DNA of 64,000 bases from Eledone cirrhosa (taxonomy: Eukaryota). Location of the stretch: assembly GCA_964016885.1 (NCBI GenBank), contig OZ024741.1, forward strand, positions 378,448,001-378,512,000, in the 5' to 3' direction. The first letter of the stretch is position 1. Every line of letters starts with the position of its first letter. Positions 11,215-25,136 of the stretch are shown piece after piece. The position numbers and the translations under genes were made by a program. The notes below the pieces were generated by a model. The model worked only from the letters and a program-made list of their open reading frames with translations. It was not told the origin of the DNA and ran no database searches.

Positions 11215-12480
11215 TATGAACATAGGGAGAAAAGATCATTATTAGGAAGAAAAATATATCTTTTTCCTTTTACGTTTTCTCTTTTTTCTGGGTTAGAAAA
11301 TGTTTAAAACAAAATATTTTACTGTGTGTGAAGTGTTAAGGTATTAGTTATTTAATTTATAAATTAAAAATGGCATTTATTTATTTATTTATTTATTCAT
11401 TTATATATTTAATAATCGTCTATTACCGGTTTTCGTATTTTATGCATTATCAAAGGGGGGAATTTGTATTGGTATAAAATGTTGGAGAGAAAAAAATGTG
11501 ATGTTGAACATGTTAAGGAAATGGGAAAGAAAGAATAATATTATTTACAAACAAGTTTTTGAAGTAAACAGAAAAAAGAAAAAGATAGGGGGTGATGTGG
11601 AACAGGATAAAGTGATGGGAAAGAATGAATAATATTATTTACAGGCATAGTTCTTGAGGATAGGCAGATCAAAATGTGTTATTATGGCAAGAGCGCGTAG
11701 TTGATCCATGTTGGAAGCAAATGATAGTCTGCCGTTTAATATGATTTCCCTTTTTAGTCCATTAAGTAGAGGTTGGAATTTGTTAATGAAGTACGTTTCC
11801 TTATTGGTACTATGGATGAAAGAATCGTTGTCTATGGATTTGTAAATGGGGAAAATGTTAAAGCTTGGATGTTGGTTAGGTATACAATTAGCGATATGTT
11901 GACTAAAAGCAATCTTTCTGTATTCCTGTATTTTGATTTGTGATTTATGGACAACCAGACTATCTTGGAGGCTGTTTTCTGTCTGTCCTATGTAGTGCTC
12001 TCGACAACCTGAACAGGTCAAAACATAGATTAGGTTTTCAGATGTACATCTAAAGTTGTTTTTAACTGTGAAATGTTGTCCTTGTTTAAAATGGAATGTT
12101 GAAGCTTCTATTAGATTTATGCATATTCCACAGTTGGCCCTTCTGCATTTTTTTACTGTAGGGTTCATTGCGAGGGTTGGTTAGATCTTTACTTGTGTGA
12201 GGATGTTTTTTCATGGATTTAGGTTGTCTTCTGCTCATTATGATATGTGTTTGGAAGATTTTGTTCATTCTTGAGTCTCTTTTTAGAAAAGGAATGTTCT
12301 TCGTGGATGGTGCCGAATGCCTCATTATTGAGGAGGTTGTGTGTGGAGTTGTATGGTAGAGATTTCTGTTGCGGTTCATTCCTGTGTTTGGGGTGTCTTA
12401 CTTTCTGGATGTAGAGTAAGGGCACGTTGGAATCCATTGTTGATTATGGATGGTTGGTAGTTTCTGGTGATAAGTGTGTT
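11215..12480 (-). mobile_element. PLE 3' fragment with GIY-YIG endonuclease (Neptune-like), frameshifted
   Basis: ORF 11635-12168: KCRRANCGIC...CTSENLIYVLTCSGCREHYIGQT...E.YFINKFQPLLN. The 3'UTR matches 40150-40545 in reverse complement. Confidence 0.85.
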
Positions 12481-12514
12481 CTTTAATACTTATATATATA
12501 TATATATATATATA

Positions 12515-12703
12515 TTTCGTTTCTGAATTTGTTTAGCAAGATTCTTTATCTGAAATCGTGTGTTGAAACCGATATTGTTATACTTTGGGAGGGTCATGTT
12601 GCCAATAAGAAACACACGCACCAATTACTTTCACTTAAACTAAACTGAAGTGAAGGAACTGGTGCGTGTGTTTCTTATTAGCAACATGAGCCTTCCAAAG
12701 TAT

Positions 12704-12711
<8 letters not shown>
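12515..12711. mobile_element. MITE-like foldback between (AT)n tracts
   Basis: atattgttatactttgggagggtcatgttgccaataagaaacacacgcacca pairs with tggtgcgtgtgtttcttattagcaacatgagccttccaaagtataacaatat. A related arm lies at 46912-46980. Confidence 0.65.
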
Positions 12712-12762
<51 letters not shown>

Positions 12763-14655
12763 AAGAATAGGAGTTCTGGTAATGTTAGAATTCTTAAGGC
12801 GAGTGGATTGGGGTATCACGACTTTAAATGGAACATAATATCGCTGAGTGAAAAAAAGCATTAATACTCATAGATCAATGTTTATTATTTTGAAATTTAC
12901 GTGTAATATAACCGCGTATTTTCCAATCATGTCAGTCATCTTCAGAAAAATAATATACACAACAACTCTCCCCAAACATTGTTGAGAGAATAGCCACATT
13001 ATGGGTAGCGAGATCAGAAACTAAATTAATATGAGATCTCTGCATGCTAGACGTTGCTCAGCTTAATATGAATATACGTGTTATAAATCGAGTAGTTTTA
13101 TGTCTTCTCTTCTTACTGTCGCTGTACAACTTTTCAGAATAAGAATTTATGTTCATTATAGTATCCCTGCCTGCAAACTTTGCTGATATGCAATATTTCT
13201 GTTTTTCTTATCTTTATATTTCCCATCCCTGTTTTGTATATAGTTACAGAGTTTTTTGTTGGACGTTCCATTTCGCTGTTCTCTATGTGAGGATAGTATT
13301 TTTCTATTCCTAAACATAAATTTTACTTCCTTTCTATTCCTTAGTGGGCTTCACTGAAAATTATGTTCTACTACATATATTGGGTATATAAGGCCATTCT
13401 TTTTTGTATTTCTTAGTGGGTAATTGTTTATGTGTTGTCAAAAGCCCATAAAGCGGAATGCAGAGAGAAATGACCCCTTTATAAGCATGTCGTACTAAAA
13501 GACAATCGAGTATTTCTTATTATGAAAATAAGAGGTGCAAATGAAAAAAAGAGTCAGATACTCCAATAACAGCAGGCAATATATTTGAATACCATGGCTG
13601 CTCCTACTATTGTTTCCAGATTAAAGATACCAAGGCAAAGCAAATGAATCAACCTTTTACATTGTCTCACAAACAAGACAGGTCGAAAAGAAATGAAAAA
13701 CCGACAGACGACGTTATACTAGCAGCAAACTAGGGAGAGACAGAGACGGAGATACTATATCAAATAAATAGGAGGGAATGAGACCACAAAATGAAAACAT
13801 TGCGAAGACCTTATTCGAAGGGATTCCAGATTTCAGTGGGGGTGTAAATAAGGACTATAGCTTAGTTAATGGAACGCTTGACATAAATTGTACGAAACAA
13901 TGAGTCATCAGTGAAGATGCTTATTAGACATTTTAGAGTTCATTATCGGATTCGAAGGAGTTGAAACTAAGGTGTGTTCTAATACTATACTGATCCCGGC
14001 TTCGCATGCCTTTGAAATATTGATAGTTTTAGGATGAATAACTGTCCAACACATGATATATTTATGTATGAATTATTTGTGACGAATCCCGGTTTTTTTA
14101 TAAAAAAACTGCGATAATATTGCATTTTGCTGAACTCCTTGCTGTAGAGTTATTTTCGGAATGTTTTTGACTGTTGTTTCTTGTAAACAAACTTTCGTCT
14201 CATTCTGACGTCAATAGCCATTTTTTCCTCGTGTGCGTTTTTCGTGATCACGCATGATGTTGGACTGGCGAGCTTTAGAATTCCCTTTTTGGTATATTAA
14301 TCTGCGAGAATCCTGGTTATCGAGTTGAGCTCTGCTGATGATGAGATCCAACCGTCACCATCTCCGCTGAAAGTTTTCATGAAATAGTCTTACGACTATA
14401 CAGAGCATTTGAAGTTTTTCCAAATTGAAGGATATGTATCTTGAACTTTATTTTATCATGAGTTAAGGCTCTATTGATTTTTCCCTGGATTTCACTAAAT
14501 TCTGTGGATGAATTCATATCCTGATTCTCTTTAGGATGAGTTTAAATTATTTTTCCCACATCTTACGTTAACTATTTTTCCCATGTTGACGCTATAGTCA
14601 CTTATATACTATGGAATGCTGTTCGCTTTTCGCTGCAGTGTTTTCTATACCTTTC

Positions 14656-14706
<51 letters not shown>

Positions 14707-14712
<6 letters not shown>

Positions 14713-15317
14713 AAGTCCATAGTATCATTAGATATAATATATACAATATTTCTTCCCTCAATCAGCATATATCAACCACACACAAAATCATTTAAACGGG
14801 GCTATAAGTTTAAAATATACTTATGAAGAAACAATAGATACATGATATAGCTTATTATCCGCGACTCACAGCTACAGAAAATGTACCTAGCATTTCTGAT
14901 AGACTGTAGAGGTTGACTAGACATATAGTTAACCATACATAATTCGGTACAAAATCAAAGTTAGAAGAAAAAATGTACATAAACATACTAAAATCATCAA
15001 AATATCTCTACCCCCGTGATTTCATTCACGTTTTGGATATATCCGATCTTGGAAAAATCAACGAGGTTGGAAATCATCAGGAGATAAACTCAATTGGACA
15101 AAGAATATTCTTACATGATCCCTGCACGAAACGAATTCAAAATGGGTAACAATCGTCACGTGGCTAGTGGTCAAGGCAGAAAGTTTGTGATTGGTGCCTG
15201 TTGGCGAGTAGGGTGGTTGCTAGAAAGCGCAGCCGAATACTGCCTAAAGCTTTACTCAACGTTACGGGAGTATATGAAATTTAAAGGGTATATACACATG
15301 AACTAGACAGACCCATG

Positions 15318-15381
<64 letters not shown>

Positions 15382-15770
15382 TGTATGCGAGTGTTTGGTC
15401 ACAATTCTCGTGTGGCTCAATGAAGAATTAATTAAATAATTAATAATCAGGGCAATATATAAAAAGTAAGTCCATAGAATCATTAGAGAAACTATATACA
15501 GTATTTCTTCTCCCAATCAGCATAAATAACCACACAAAAAATCATTTAAACGAGGCTTTACGTTTAAAATATACTTACAAAGAAACAATAGAGAAATGAT
15601 ATAGCTTTTCATCCGGGACTCACAGCTACAGAAACTTTACCTAGTATTTCTGATAGCCTGTAAACATTGACTAGGCATATAGTTAATCATACATAATTAG
15701 GTACAAAATCAAAGTTATAAGAAAAAAATGTACTTAAACACACCAAAATCATCAAAATATCTCTACCGTT
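14707..15770 (-). mobile_element. Two diverged ~305 bp direct repeats (14707-15012, 15463-15767), probable PLE pLTR tandem
   Basis: Both run aaagtaagtccatag...aaaatcatcaaaatatctctacc; the first continues into a minus-strand hammerhead. Confidence 0.7.
15003..15086 (-). ncRNA. Type I hammerhead with long irregular stem II
   Basis: Minus strand uaucuc-CUGAUGA-(long stem II)-GAAA-ucacggggg-UA-gagaua: 6-bp stem I, GUA triplet, weak stem III. Confidence 0.6.
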
Positions 15771-15779
15771 TATTAAAAT

Positions 15780-16711
<932 letters not shown>

Positions 16712-17131
16712 ATATATATGCATGTGTGTGTGTGTGTGTGTGTGTGTCTGTGCGTGCGTGCGCGTGTGCGTGTATTTGTTTGTGTGAGTTGAGAATTTTA
16801 GACTTCTCTCTACCAAATCAAAGCCAGCGTATCTGCTAGTAACTGAATGTGTGCACTCTGAACAGCTGAGTGCAACTGAATTATTGCAATACGGCAGATT
16901 CATTGAGTGATCTAAACGTTGGCAGGAGGAGTTGACTTAACCCAGCGATTTTCAAAATGTTATCTTCGCAATTATGTCGACTACGCAATTATGTCGATCT
17001 TTTTGACCAGAGAACTTTCGATAATAACAGATGCGGAGAAATGAATATCAGAGCTAGCACATAAACGGTACCAAGACAGAATATAGACAATTTTAATAAA
17101 TGTATGTATGTATATATATATAACATAAGTA

Positions 17132-17635
17132 CCTGGTTATGGTTATACGGCACAGGATGAAGAACCGTATCAACGCGCATGCGCAGAAACGGTCTCTTCA
17201 CCCAAAGGATACAAAGTCACGGGCGAAAGTTGTATGGGAGATAACTACTAAAGTTCGAAAAAGATGTTCGAGTTCATTAGAAAATAGGACTGATGTTGTT
17301 ATTCAATCCGGAGCTTTGTAGTTATGCTAGAGGTGTTTATAGACATGTGGACAACGAGAGAAGGTTTCATTTTTTGAATTTAGGCAATCGCTATTGCGTC
17401 ATCGCTGTAGAATATTTATCCTTTATTCAATACACAGTACACGAGACGTATGGCCCCTTGCGTATGGGTCTTTCACGCTTATCTCCGTTTCGCCTTTAGC
17501 CCCTGGCTTTGTAGCGCTTGGGTGAAGTGACCGTTTCTGCGCATGTGCGTTCAAACGGCTGTTCTTCTTGTGCTGTATATCCATGACCAGTCCGAGATGA
17601 AGATCCGCATAAGGTGAAACAATTATTCTCGGTAT
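17132..17635. mobile_element. Diverged inverted repeat (~17132-17245 / ~17477-17590) with an adjacent degenerate hammerhead
   Basis: aacgcgcatgcgcagaaacggtctcttcacccaa pairs with ttgggtgaagtgaccgtttctgcgcatgtgcgtt; then ccgag-Atgaaga-tccgcataaggt-gaaa-caatta-tt-ctcgg at ~17592-17632. Confidence 0.6.
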
Positions 17636-17892
17636 TATGAACTAACTGTTTTGTTACTACTCCTACCAAACACGTCCCATGGTATGATTGCTCTATCACT
17701 ACGGATATTACCTTCCAGTGTTCTACCTCTCTCTCCCTAATCGATACATATCGAACCTTGAGCTATTCAGTAGCGAAACATGCGTCATCAAACAATGCAC
17801 GTAATGAAGTAGTGACCATTCGTCCTTGTGTTATTATCGTTATTATATATACACATACACACACACACAACCACCCCCCAATACACACACAT

Positions 17893-17976
<84 letters not shown>

Positions 17977-18329
17977 ATATGCTTAGCTCAGAGTTTCACG
18001 GCTTGGATGAATGTGTGAAACGGAGTACAACGTATCGGACGTATAGACCTTTGTCAACCGGGTAAATGTAGATAGGATAGAAATTTAAAAAGGTGGCACG
18101 TGTGTATGTGACGTTTTCAATGTTTGTGTATTTATCGCGATATATCTTGATGGAATGGTGTATATATAGTTTGTGATGGTATCTGATTTTATTAACATTT
18201 ATGAACGTCGTCGTTCATTTTATGTACTAAATATAGAGGAAATTATTAGTGATACTGTTGCAAGAGTTAATTATATGTCCGTTCATTAGAAAACACTAAA
18301 CTCCTCAAGGTGATCAACCTTTATATATA

Positions 18330-18365
<36 letters not shown>

Positions 18366-18370
<5 letters not shown>

Positions 18371-19562
18371 AGATCAAAAGATGGTTAAAGGAGTTCCATA
18401 TATTTTATTATGCGCATTTCAAAAACAAACATCATCAAGCAATAATATTTGTGTTTTCATCAGATAAAACAGGAGAACATGATATGAAGGCTAAAAAACA
18501 CTTGTGGATAGTGCAGTTTTAAATCAACATATGAAAAATGGTTTTAGATTGATGTGTGTTATTGGGAAAAATATTTTATTTAGAGAGGGGGGAGGGTGAA
18601 AGGGGAGGAGATGAGAGGGAGAGATGGGTGATAGAGAGAAAGAGATAGTTTTTCATAACTGAGAGGAGATATATTTTTTACATAGTGAGGTTGAAAACCG
18701 TTGGAAGATACTTTATAAATTAAAAATTTTGAAAATTAACGAAGGGAGGATATGTGCGAGGAAAAATATTTTATTTAGGGAGGGGGGGGGGTGGAAAGGA
18801 TGAAAAAAAGGGGGAAGGAGATGAGAGTGAAGGTGGAGAGGGAGAGATGGGTGATAGAGAGAAAGAGATAGTTTTTATAACTGAGAAAAAGATATATTGT
18901 TTTAATATAGAGAGGTTGGGAACCGTTGGAAGATAATGTATAAATTAAAGGAATTTGAAAATTAACGAAGGGAATACGAATGTATGAAGATAGAGAGAAA
19001 AAAATAATTGTGGGTGAATATTCTAACGTCAAAAGAAGAAATGTATGTATTGTGGCAATTTCAAAATTAGCGAAGAGAAAAATTGTTAAGGTTTGTGTGT
19101 AGAAGGATTTGAGAAAAATAATGTGAAGTTAAAGTTTGTATATGATATGTGCGAATAAAGAGTTAATATGTATTAATAATGAGTTCGTTGATGGGGAGAA
19201 AAAAATAATAATAAATTAAGGATGAAATTGAGATTAAAAAGATTTATGATAGAGAGAAAAAAAAAAAAAAATAATAATGATTGCGGATGAATATTCAAAT
19301 GACAAAAACAAATGCTATGATTTTACGAGAAGATAGAATGAGGGTAATGAGTAAACGAGTATTATAGAGTGTATAATGCCCTTTAAAGTAAGGTAGATGG
19401 GTATATTTTAAAGAGGTGTATGTATATGTGCCTTTGAGAAAAGATTCTAAATTGATAAAGAATTGAATATTAACTGTATACTTTGTGAAAAGTTCTATGG
19501 AATTTATGCAGGCAGATAGAAAACAAATCTGAGCGTGTATTTATTATAGAATCAAGGTTAGA
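18366..19562 (-). mobile_element. 5'-truncated copy of the Penelope element at 23.2-26.4 kb (3'UTR/pLTR), with hammerhead at 18403-18469
   Basis: Reverse complement of 25160-26397, including the HHR ttttat-ctgatga-...-gaaa-tgcgca-ta-ataaaa. Confidence 0.9.
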
Positions 19563-19678
19563 TATATATCCAAAATTAAGATAAATTAAATGAATTTAAT
19601 ATAAATCAAAATTATGGGTGTCATGCCAGAAAGACATGCGCCATATCACCCGGAAAATAAGCTGTATCAATTTCTAGT

Positions 19679-19714
<36 letters not shown>

Positions 19715-19834
19715 AGAATAAGATTTCGCTTGAAGCATAGCTTTATAAAACATGTATAGAAATGTCGTATTATTAAAGAACTATATATTCTCGACTGCAT
19801 TCAAGTCCAGCAGTCGCAAGCGGTGGGTGGGATC

Positions 19835-19873
19835 GTCCTGATGTAAACCAGTCATGCCTGAAATGCATCGACG
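19835..19873 (+). ncRNA. Degenerate minimal hammerhead
   Basis: cgtc-ctgatgT-aaaccagtcatgcct-gaaa-tgca-tc-gacg: stem I and palindromic stem III intact, core and stem II decayed. Confidence 0.5.
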
Positions 19874-19982
19874 CTTGGCCCCCTTGCTTCTGGTGGGAAC
19901 CACCAGAGGGCGTTAGCCCCGCTGTTTGCATAGCTACGGCTTTCTAAAACCGTATTTATTTAGAAATACGAAATTTATTACC

Positions 19983-20110
19983 TGAGTTCAAATCCCGCCG
20001 AGGATAACATTGCCTTACAACCTTACGAGGTGGAGAAAACAAAGCACTAATATACACTGGGATAATTGCTGGCCTTTTACCATAATTAGAAATAATAATG
20101 ATAACTATTA
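19983..20110 (+). mobile_element. tRNA-derived SINE fragment
   Basis: gagttcaaatccc (B-box-like) gccgagg...ttgcctt..a.ccttacg.ggt.ga.aaaa.aaagcac...ctgg.ataattgctggcctt...agaaa.aat; same family as the copies listed below. Confidence 0.7.
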
Positions 20111-20139
20111 TTATATATATATATAAATATATATATATA

Positions 20140-20288
<149 letters not shown>

Positions 20289-20323
20289 GAAAAGTGTAAT
20301 TTTCTACACAAAACGAAGGTTAT

Positions 20324-20539
20324 AGAGAAAATTGAGGTTGGTAATGGCACATGGAATATATAAGAGACAGAATACTTTTTTGTGAAAAAACATAATTTTA
20401 TAAGGTAAGGAAATAATAAAGGGTATAAAACCGGTCATTTTTTATACCCTTTATTATTTCCTTACCTTATAAAATTATGTTTTTTCACAAAAAAGTATTC
20501 TGTCTCTTATATATTCCATGTGCCATTACCAACCTCAAT

Positions 20540-20546
<7 letters not shown>
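20324..20546. repeat. Apparently perfect palindrome, ~107 bp arms and ~10 nt loop
   Basis: agagaaaattgaggttgg...agggtataaaa ccggtcat tttttataccct...ccaacctcaattttctct; no mismatch seen by eye; flanked by long (AT)n. Confidence 0.92.
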
Positions 20547-20625
<79 letters not shown>

Positions 20626-20661
20626 GATATATACATATATATATATGTATATGTATATACA

Positions 20662-22520
20662 CTTAACGTCCCTAAACCGAGTTAATTTACTGAACGTTAC
20701 CCTTAACCTAGAAAATAATTTGTACTACCCATACAGGAAACCAAACGGCAACCTGCACTACCACTACCGCCGCTCTACCCATCCTAGAAACATCACCAAA
20801 ATCTGATTAAAAACATCTCCCTCCGCATATCTCGTTTATCAGCTAATGAGCAGAAATTCTACAAACACGCGCCTCATTACAACCAGACCCTGAAGCGGAG
20901 TAGCTTCCGTGAGGAAATATCCTTTCATCCAGCTCCCCTTAGCGGGACCAGCAGGCGACACAGCCACTAACGCAACGTGACGTGGTTCAATCCTCCCCAC
21001 AATGCCGAGGTTGCAACACCTATCGGGAAAAATCTTCTTTAGACTCCCCGAAAAACACTTCCCACTACAACACCGCTACCACACCACAACATATCAACAA
21101 AAACACCACCAAACTCTCCTACAACACCACACCTAACTTCGCAGAAATCTTCGTCTCCTCAAACAACAAAACACTCAAACCCTATGGAAGAAATAACCTA
21201 GACATCAGCGGAGATCCGACCAGGAGGTGTAACTACCCTGATATATCTACGTGCCCCCTCAACAACAAATGCCCATAACGTAACGTGAACTACCAGTGCA
21301 ACGTGAGGACGGACACCTCCAACAAAGCTTATATAGGATTAACCACGTCTGACTTCAAGACCCGTCTCTACGAATACCGACATACTCTCCGAAACCTGAT
21401 CCGGCGACATTCCACTACACTTTCGGGCCACATCTGGGACCTCCAAGATAATAATATAACCTACAGTCTCACTTGGGGCTTACTGTCCAGAGCTAACTCT
21501 CACACGGGAGGACGCCGCCAGTTTTACCTTTGCTCGGAAGAAACATTACAAATGATGTTTTCGAAGTATCAACTCCTAAACAAGAAACACGAACTGCTAA
21601 CCGCATGCAAACACAGATTGCGTAGCACTTACCTCGCCCTCAAACCCCATAACGACCCGGGTGGGTAGACAAGAGCTGATACCCCCCATAAGTTCGGGGA
21701 AACCCCAGCTTACTTAGGTAGATGTATCTCTTTTCTTTTCTTTTCCACTTTGTTTTTTTATACTTCTTCCCCCTGTCTCATCCTATCACTTCCTTCCACC
21801 CCCTATGTTCTTACTCGTCTGCTTTTCTCTTTTCGCCTACCCGATGCAGCACATCGGGCGGCTGTAGCATCAGTTCCCCTACCCCTGTAATTTTAAGATA
21901 GAATTGGCCGAATACGTTTTACTAACTACTTATAGCGTGTTAAACCCCTTTAATTTTGTATCAGTTCTGGTCCTACTCAATTTCTACAAGTTTTTTCTAT
22001 TCTCAACTTATTAACCTTTAATTGTAAGATAGCATTGTGATTTTTTTTATTCATTTCTCACTATATATTTTTATAATTTATTTTGTTCTATTATCTTTTA
22101 TTGTCTCCTACTCTCATTCAATTTACCTATTCTATAACCTCCCTCCTCCACTTCATACACTATCCTTAGAATCTGCTGTATACATATGACCGCCCCACTC
22201 ACGCCCTATTGTTCTACAGGCAAGTTCAGCCACCCTACCTCCCAACAAATGTCATGATAGACTTATTTGTGTTTACAACAAATTTTAACCAATCCTATTG
22301 ACAACTACAATCTTCCCATATAAGGAAGTACCCCCTTGCCAAGTTCGGGTATTTATTCAACAGGCTAAACATTCTAATTTAGTCGAGAAATAGACGTCGA
22401 AACGGCTTGAGGTCTGACGTCGGGGGTCATACTTTTTCCTATTTCCCACTCTACTACACTAAGTATTGAGTACTCTGGTACGTTATGGTCCTTCTGGTTC
22501 CTTACCACAATTCCTTTCTT
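20662..22520 (+). mobile_element. Penelope/Poseidon-type PLE 3' fragment (RT thumb, GIY-YIG, 3'UTR with decayed hammerhead at ~22330-22426)
   Basis: LYYPYRKPN...CPLNNKC...VNYQCNV...YIGLTTSDFKTRLYEY...TTLSGHIWDL...LLNKKHELLTACKHR; stops and frameshifts present. Confidence 0.85.
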
Positions 22521-22526
22521 ATATAT

Positions 22527-22707
22527 ATATGTAAGTATGTATGTATACGTACATACATATATGTATACAGACGTACAGTAGCATGCATATCTATGCATAT
22601 ATATATATGGCATAAATTCAGGCTGTTCAGTTTGTTTACAAACGAACAAAGCGGCGTTATAATAAGCGTCCGCTAAACTGATGCGTGCATATATGTATGT
22701 GTACCTG

Positions 22708-22773
<66 letters not shown>

Positions 22774-22872
22774 TGCTACTGTACGTCTGTATACATATAT
22801 GTATGTACGCATACATACATACTTACATTTAAGTAAGTGCCATACTAAGAGTGAGAAATGAAATTTCGTTTT
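22527..22872. repeat. Inverted repeat (22527-22590 / 22767-22828) plus pieces shared with the HHR element at 37303-37630
   Basis: atacagacgtacagtagcatgcatat pairs with atatgcatgctactgtacgtctgtat. ggctgtt..gtttacaaac and actaagagtgagaaat.aaat.tcgttt recur in reverse complement at ~37340-37365 and ~37590-37618. Confidence 0.65.
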
Positions 22873-22911
22873 CATTTTATTTCAACATATATATATACAT
22901 ATATATATACA

Positions 22912-22946
<35 letters not shown>

Positions 22947-22947
22947 G

Positions 22948-23072
<125 letters not shown>

Positions 23073-23543
23073 CATATATATATATATACATATACATATA
23101 TATATAAATATATATATATGTAGGAGGTGAGTTTTATTGTAGTACAATAAAGCAATGCAGATATCGGATAAGAAGCACTCTACAGTTTGTAGGACTGGAG
23201 TATACATAATATAAGATCAAAAGATGGTTAAAGGAGTTCCATGTATTTTATTATCCGCATTTCAAAAACAAACATCATCATGCAATAATATTTGTGTTTT
23301 CATCAGATAAAACAGGAGAACATGAACATTTGAGAACATGAGATTATGTGAAAACTTGGCATTGAAAAAAAGACCGAACCATTCCTCCCAAGAACTCCGA
23401 GGATAAATCTCAAGGATCACAAAAACAATTTTCGCACTGAACTACCTGTTAGATTAATCGCCCCCTCTAAATCTGATCTGGGGGTTGTTAGTAAAGCCAT
23501 CTTGGATAGAATTATCCCATAGGTTAGTTCTAATTGCTCTTCT

Positions 23544-25136
23544 TTGAACCTAAATTTATGGTTTGGTACTTCTGAAGTGATTGGCTGGTTCAACAAATTG
23601 GATAATAAAAACAAACTAAAATTTATTCAATTTGATATTGCCAGCTACTATTCCTCCATTTCGCCTTCACTTCTCCATAATGCTCTATCTTTCGCACTTA
23701 AAAATTCTGACATCACCACAGATGAACTTCACATCATCCTCACTGCACGTAAAACCATCCTAGAGTTCAACAACGAATATTGGACCAGAGCCGATACCTC
23801 TAACAACTTCGACATCACAATGGGAGCATCCGATTCATCCCAATTGACTGATTTAATTGGTATCTTTATTTTGAACTCTTTGAGTCGGAAAATTCCTCAA
23901 CTTCGCGGTGGAATTTATCGTGACGATGGACTCTTTACTATCTTAAATTGCAATATAGTTAACCTTAATATTATTAAGAACAATATACGTAATCTCTTTA
24001 ACCAACATAACCTAAAAATTGAATTTGATAATAGTATCAAACTAGCTAATTTCTTGTATGTATCTCTTAATCTTGACACTGGCCTATATTACCCTTACCA
24101 TAAAAACAATGAGAACCTAAATTATGTTAACTTTAAATCTAACCATCCTACCAATATCAAGAATGCTATAGTTAGTAATATTGGAAAAAGAATATCTAAC
24201 ATATCTTCTAATAAAAACATCTTTGATGCTAACGCCAATTACTATAATAACGCACTTTCTAAAGCCGGCTATCCAGATAAAATCAAATATAGTAAAGAAA
24301 CAAATTATAGAAAAACTTACAGTAGAATAATTAATCATGATCATTCCAATAATTTTAATAAAAGACCTAGATACAAAAACATAATCTGGTATAATGCTCC
24401 TTTCTCCATCTCTATTAATAACAATATTCCTAAATTATTGTTTAGTGCCTTAAATAAATGCTTCCCTCGCTCACATATCTATAGTAAAATATTTAACAAA
24501 CACACCATCAAATTTTCCTATTCTACATCCTCCAATATTTCCAACATCATCTCTAAACACAACAATAAAATACTAAATACTAAATCTCTTCCTTCCAACA
24601 TTGAATTTCATAATAACAGTAATAGTACTCCCGACGTCATTGTAAACCCTAGGCTAACTTCTGTAAACCCAAATACAACGCCAAACACAACTTCGCTAAA
24701 TGTTCATAATCCAACTCTAAATCAAGAAACTATTATTCCTATTATTCCTATCGCAAACAACTTCTCCAATCCAATTCCTTCTATAGATAACACTAGGTCA
24801 CTCATTAATAATCTCTCTAATTGCAACTGCCGCATTAAAAATAAATGTCCTCTCAACAACCATTGTCTTGATAAACACTTAATTTATGAATGTAAAGTTA
24901 TAACTAGCACCAATTCCTTCACCTATTTTGGCTCCACTTCCACCTCTTTTAAATCTCGTCTCTATAATCACCATTCATCTTTCAAATACAAACTTAAAAG
25001 AACCAACACGGCTCTCTCAGAACTCATATGGTCCTTGAAAGACAAAAACATTAAATATACCATCTTTTGGAAGAAGGTTTCTTCAGCATCCTCATACTTG
25101 AACAGCCTCTATCTAAAATCTGTAATCTCAGCCTAA
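23544..25136 (+). CDS. Penelope-type reverse transcriptase + GIY-YIG endonuclease (truncated; upstream stop and C-terminal frameshift)
   Basis: KDHKNNF...PVRLIAPSKSDLG upstream; FIQFDIASYYSSI, ITMGA, IYRDDGL, CNCR...CPLNNHC, LIYECKV...YFGST...FKSRLYNH. Confidence 0.9.
   Translation: MNLNLWFGTSEVIGWFNKLDNKNKLKFIQFDIASYYSSISPSLLHNALSFALKNSDITTDELHIILTARKTILEFNNEYWTRADTSNNFDITMGASDSSQLTDLIGIFILNSLSRKIPQLRGGIYRDDGLFTILNCNIVNLNIIKNNIRNLFNQHNLKIEFDNSIKLANFLYVSLNLDTGLYYPYHKNNENLNYVNFKSNHPTNIKNAIVSNIGKRISNISSNKNIFDANANYYNNALSKAGYPDKIKYSKETNYRKTYSRIINHDHSNNFNKRPRYKNIIWYNAPFSISINNNIPKLLFSALNKCFPRSHIYSKIFNKHTIKFSYSTSSNISNIISKHNNKILNTKSLPSNIEFHNNSNSTPDVIVNPRLTSVNPNTTPNTTSLNVHNPTLNQETIIPIIPIANNFSNPIPSIDNTRSLINNLSNCNCRIKNKCPLNNHCLDKHLIYECKVITSTNSFTYFGSTSTSFKSRLYNHHSSFKYKLKRTNTALSELIWSLKDKNIKYTIFWKKVSSASSYLNSLYLKSVISA

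Noticed and set aside
19983-20000. gagttcaaatccc as a tRNA gene
   Set aside because: Only a B-box; it continues into SINE body with no cloverleaf.
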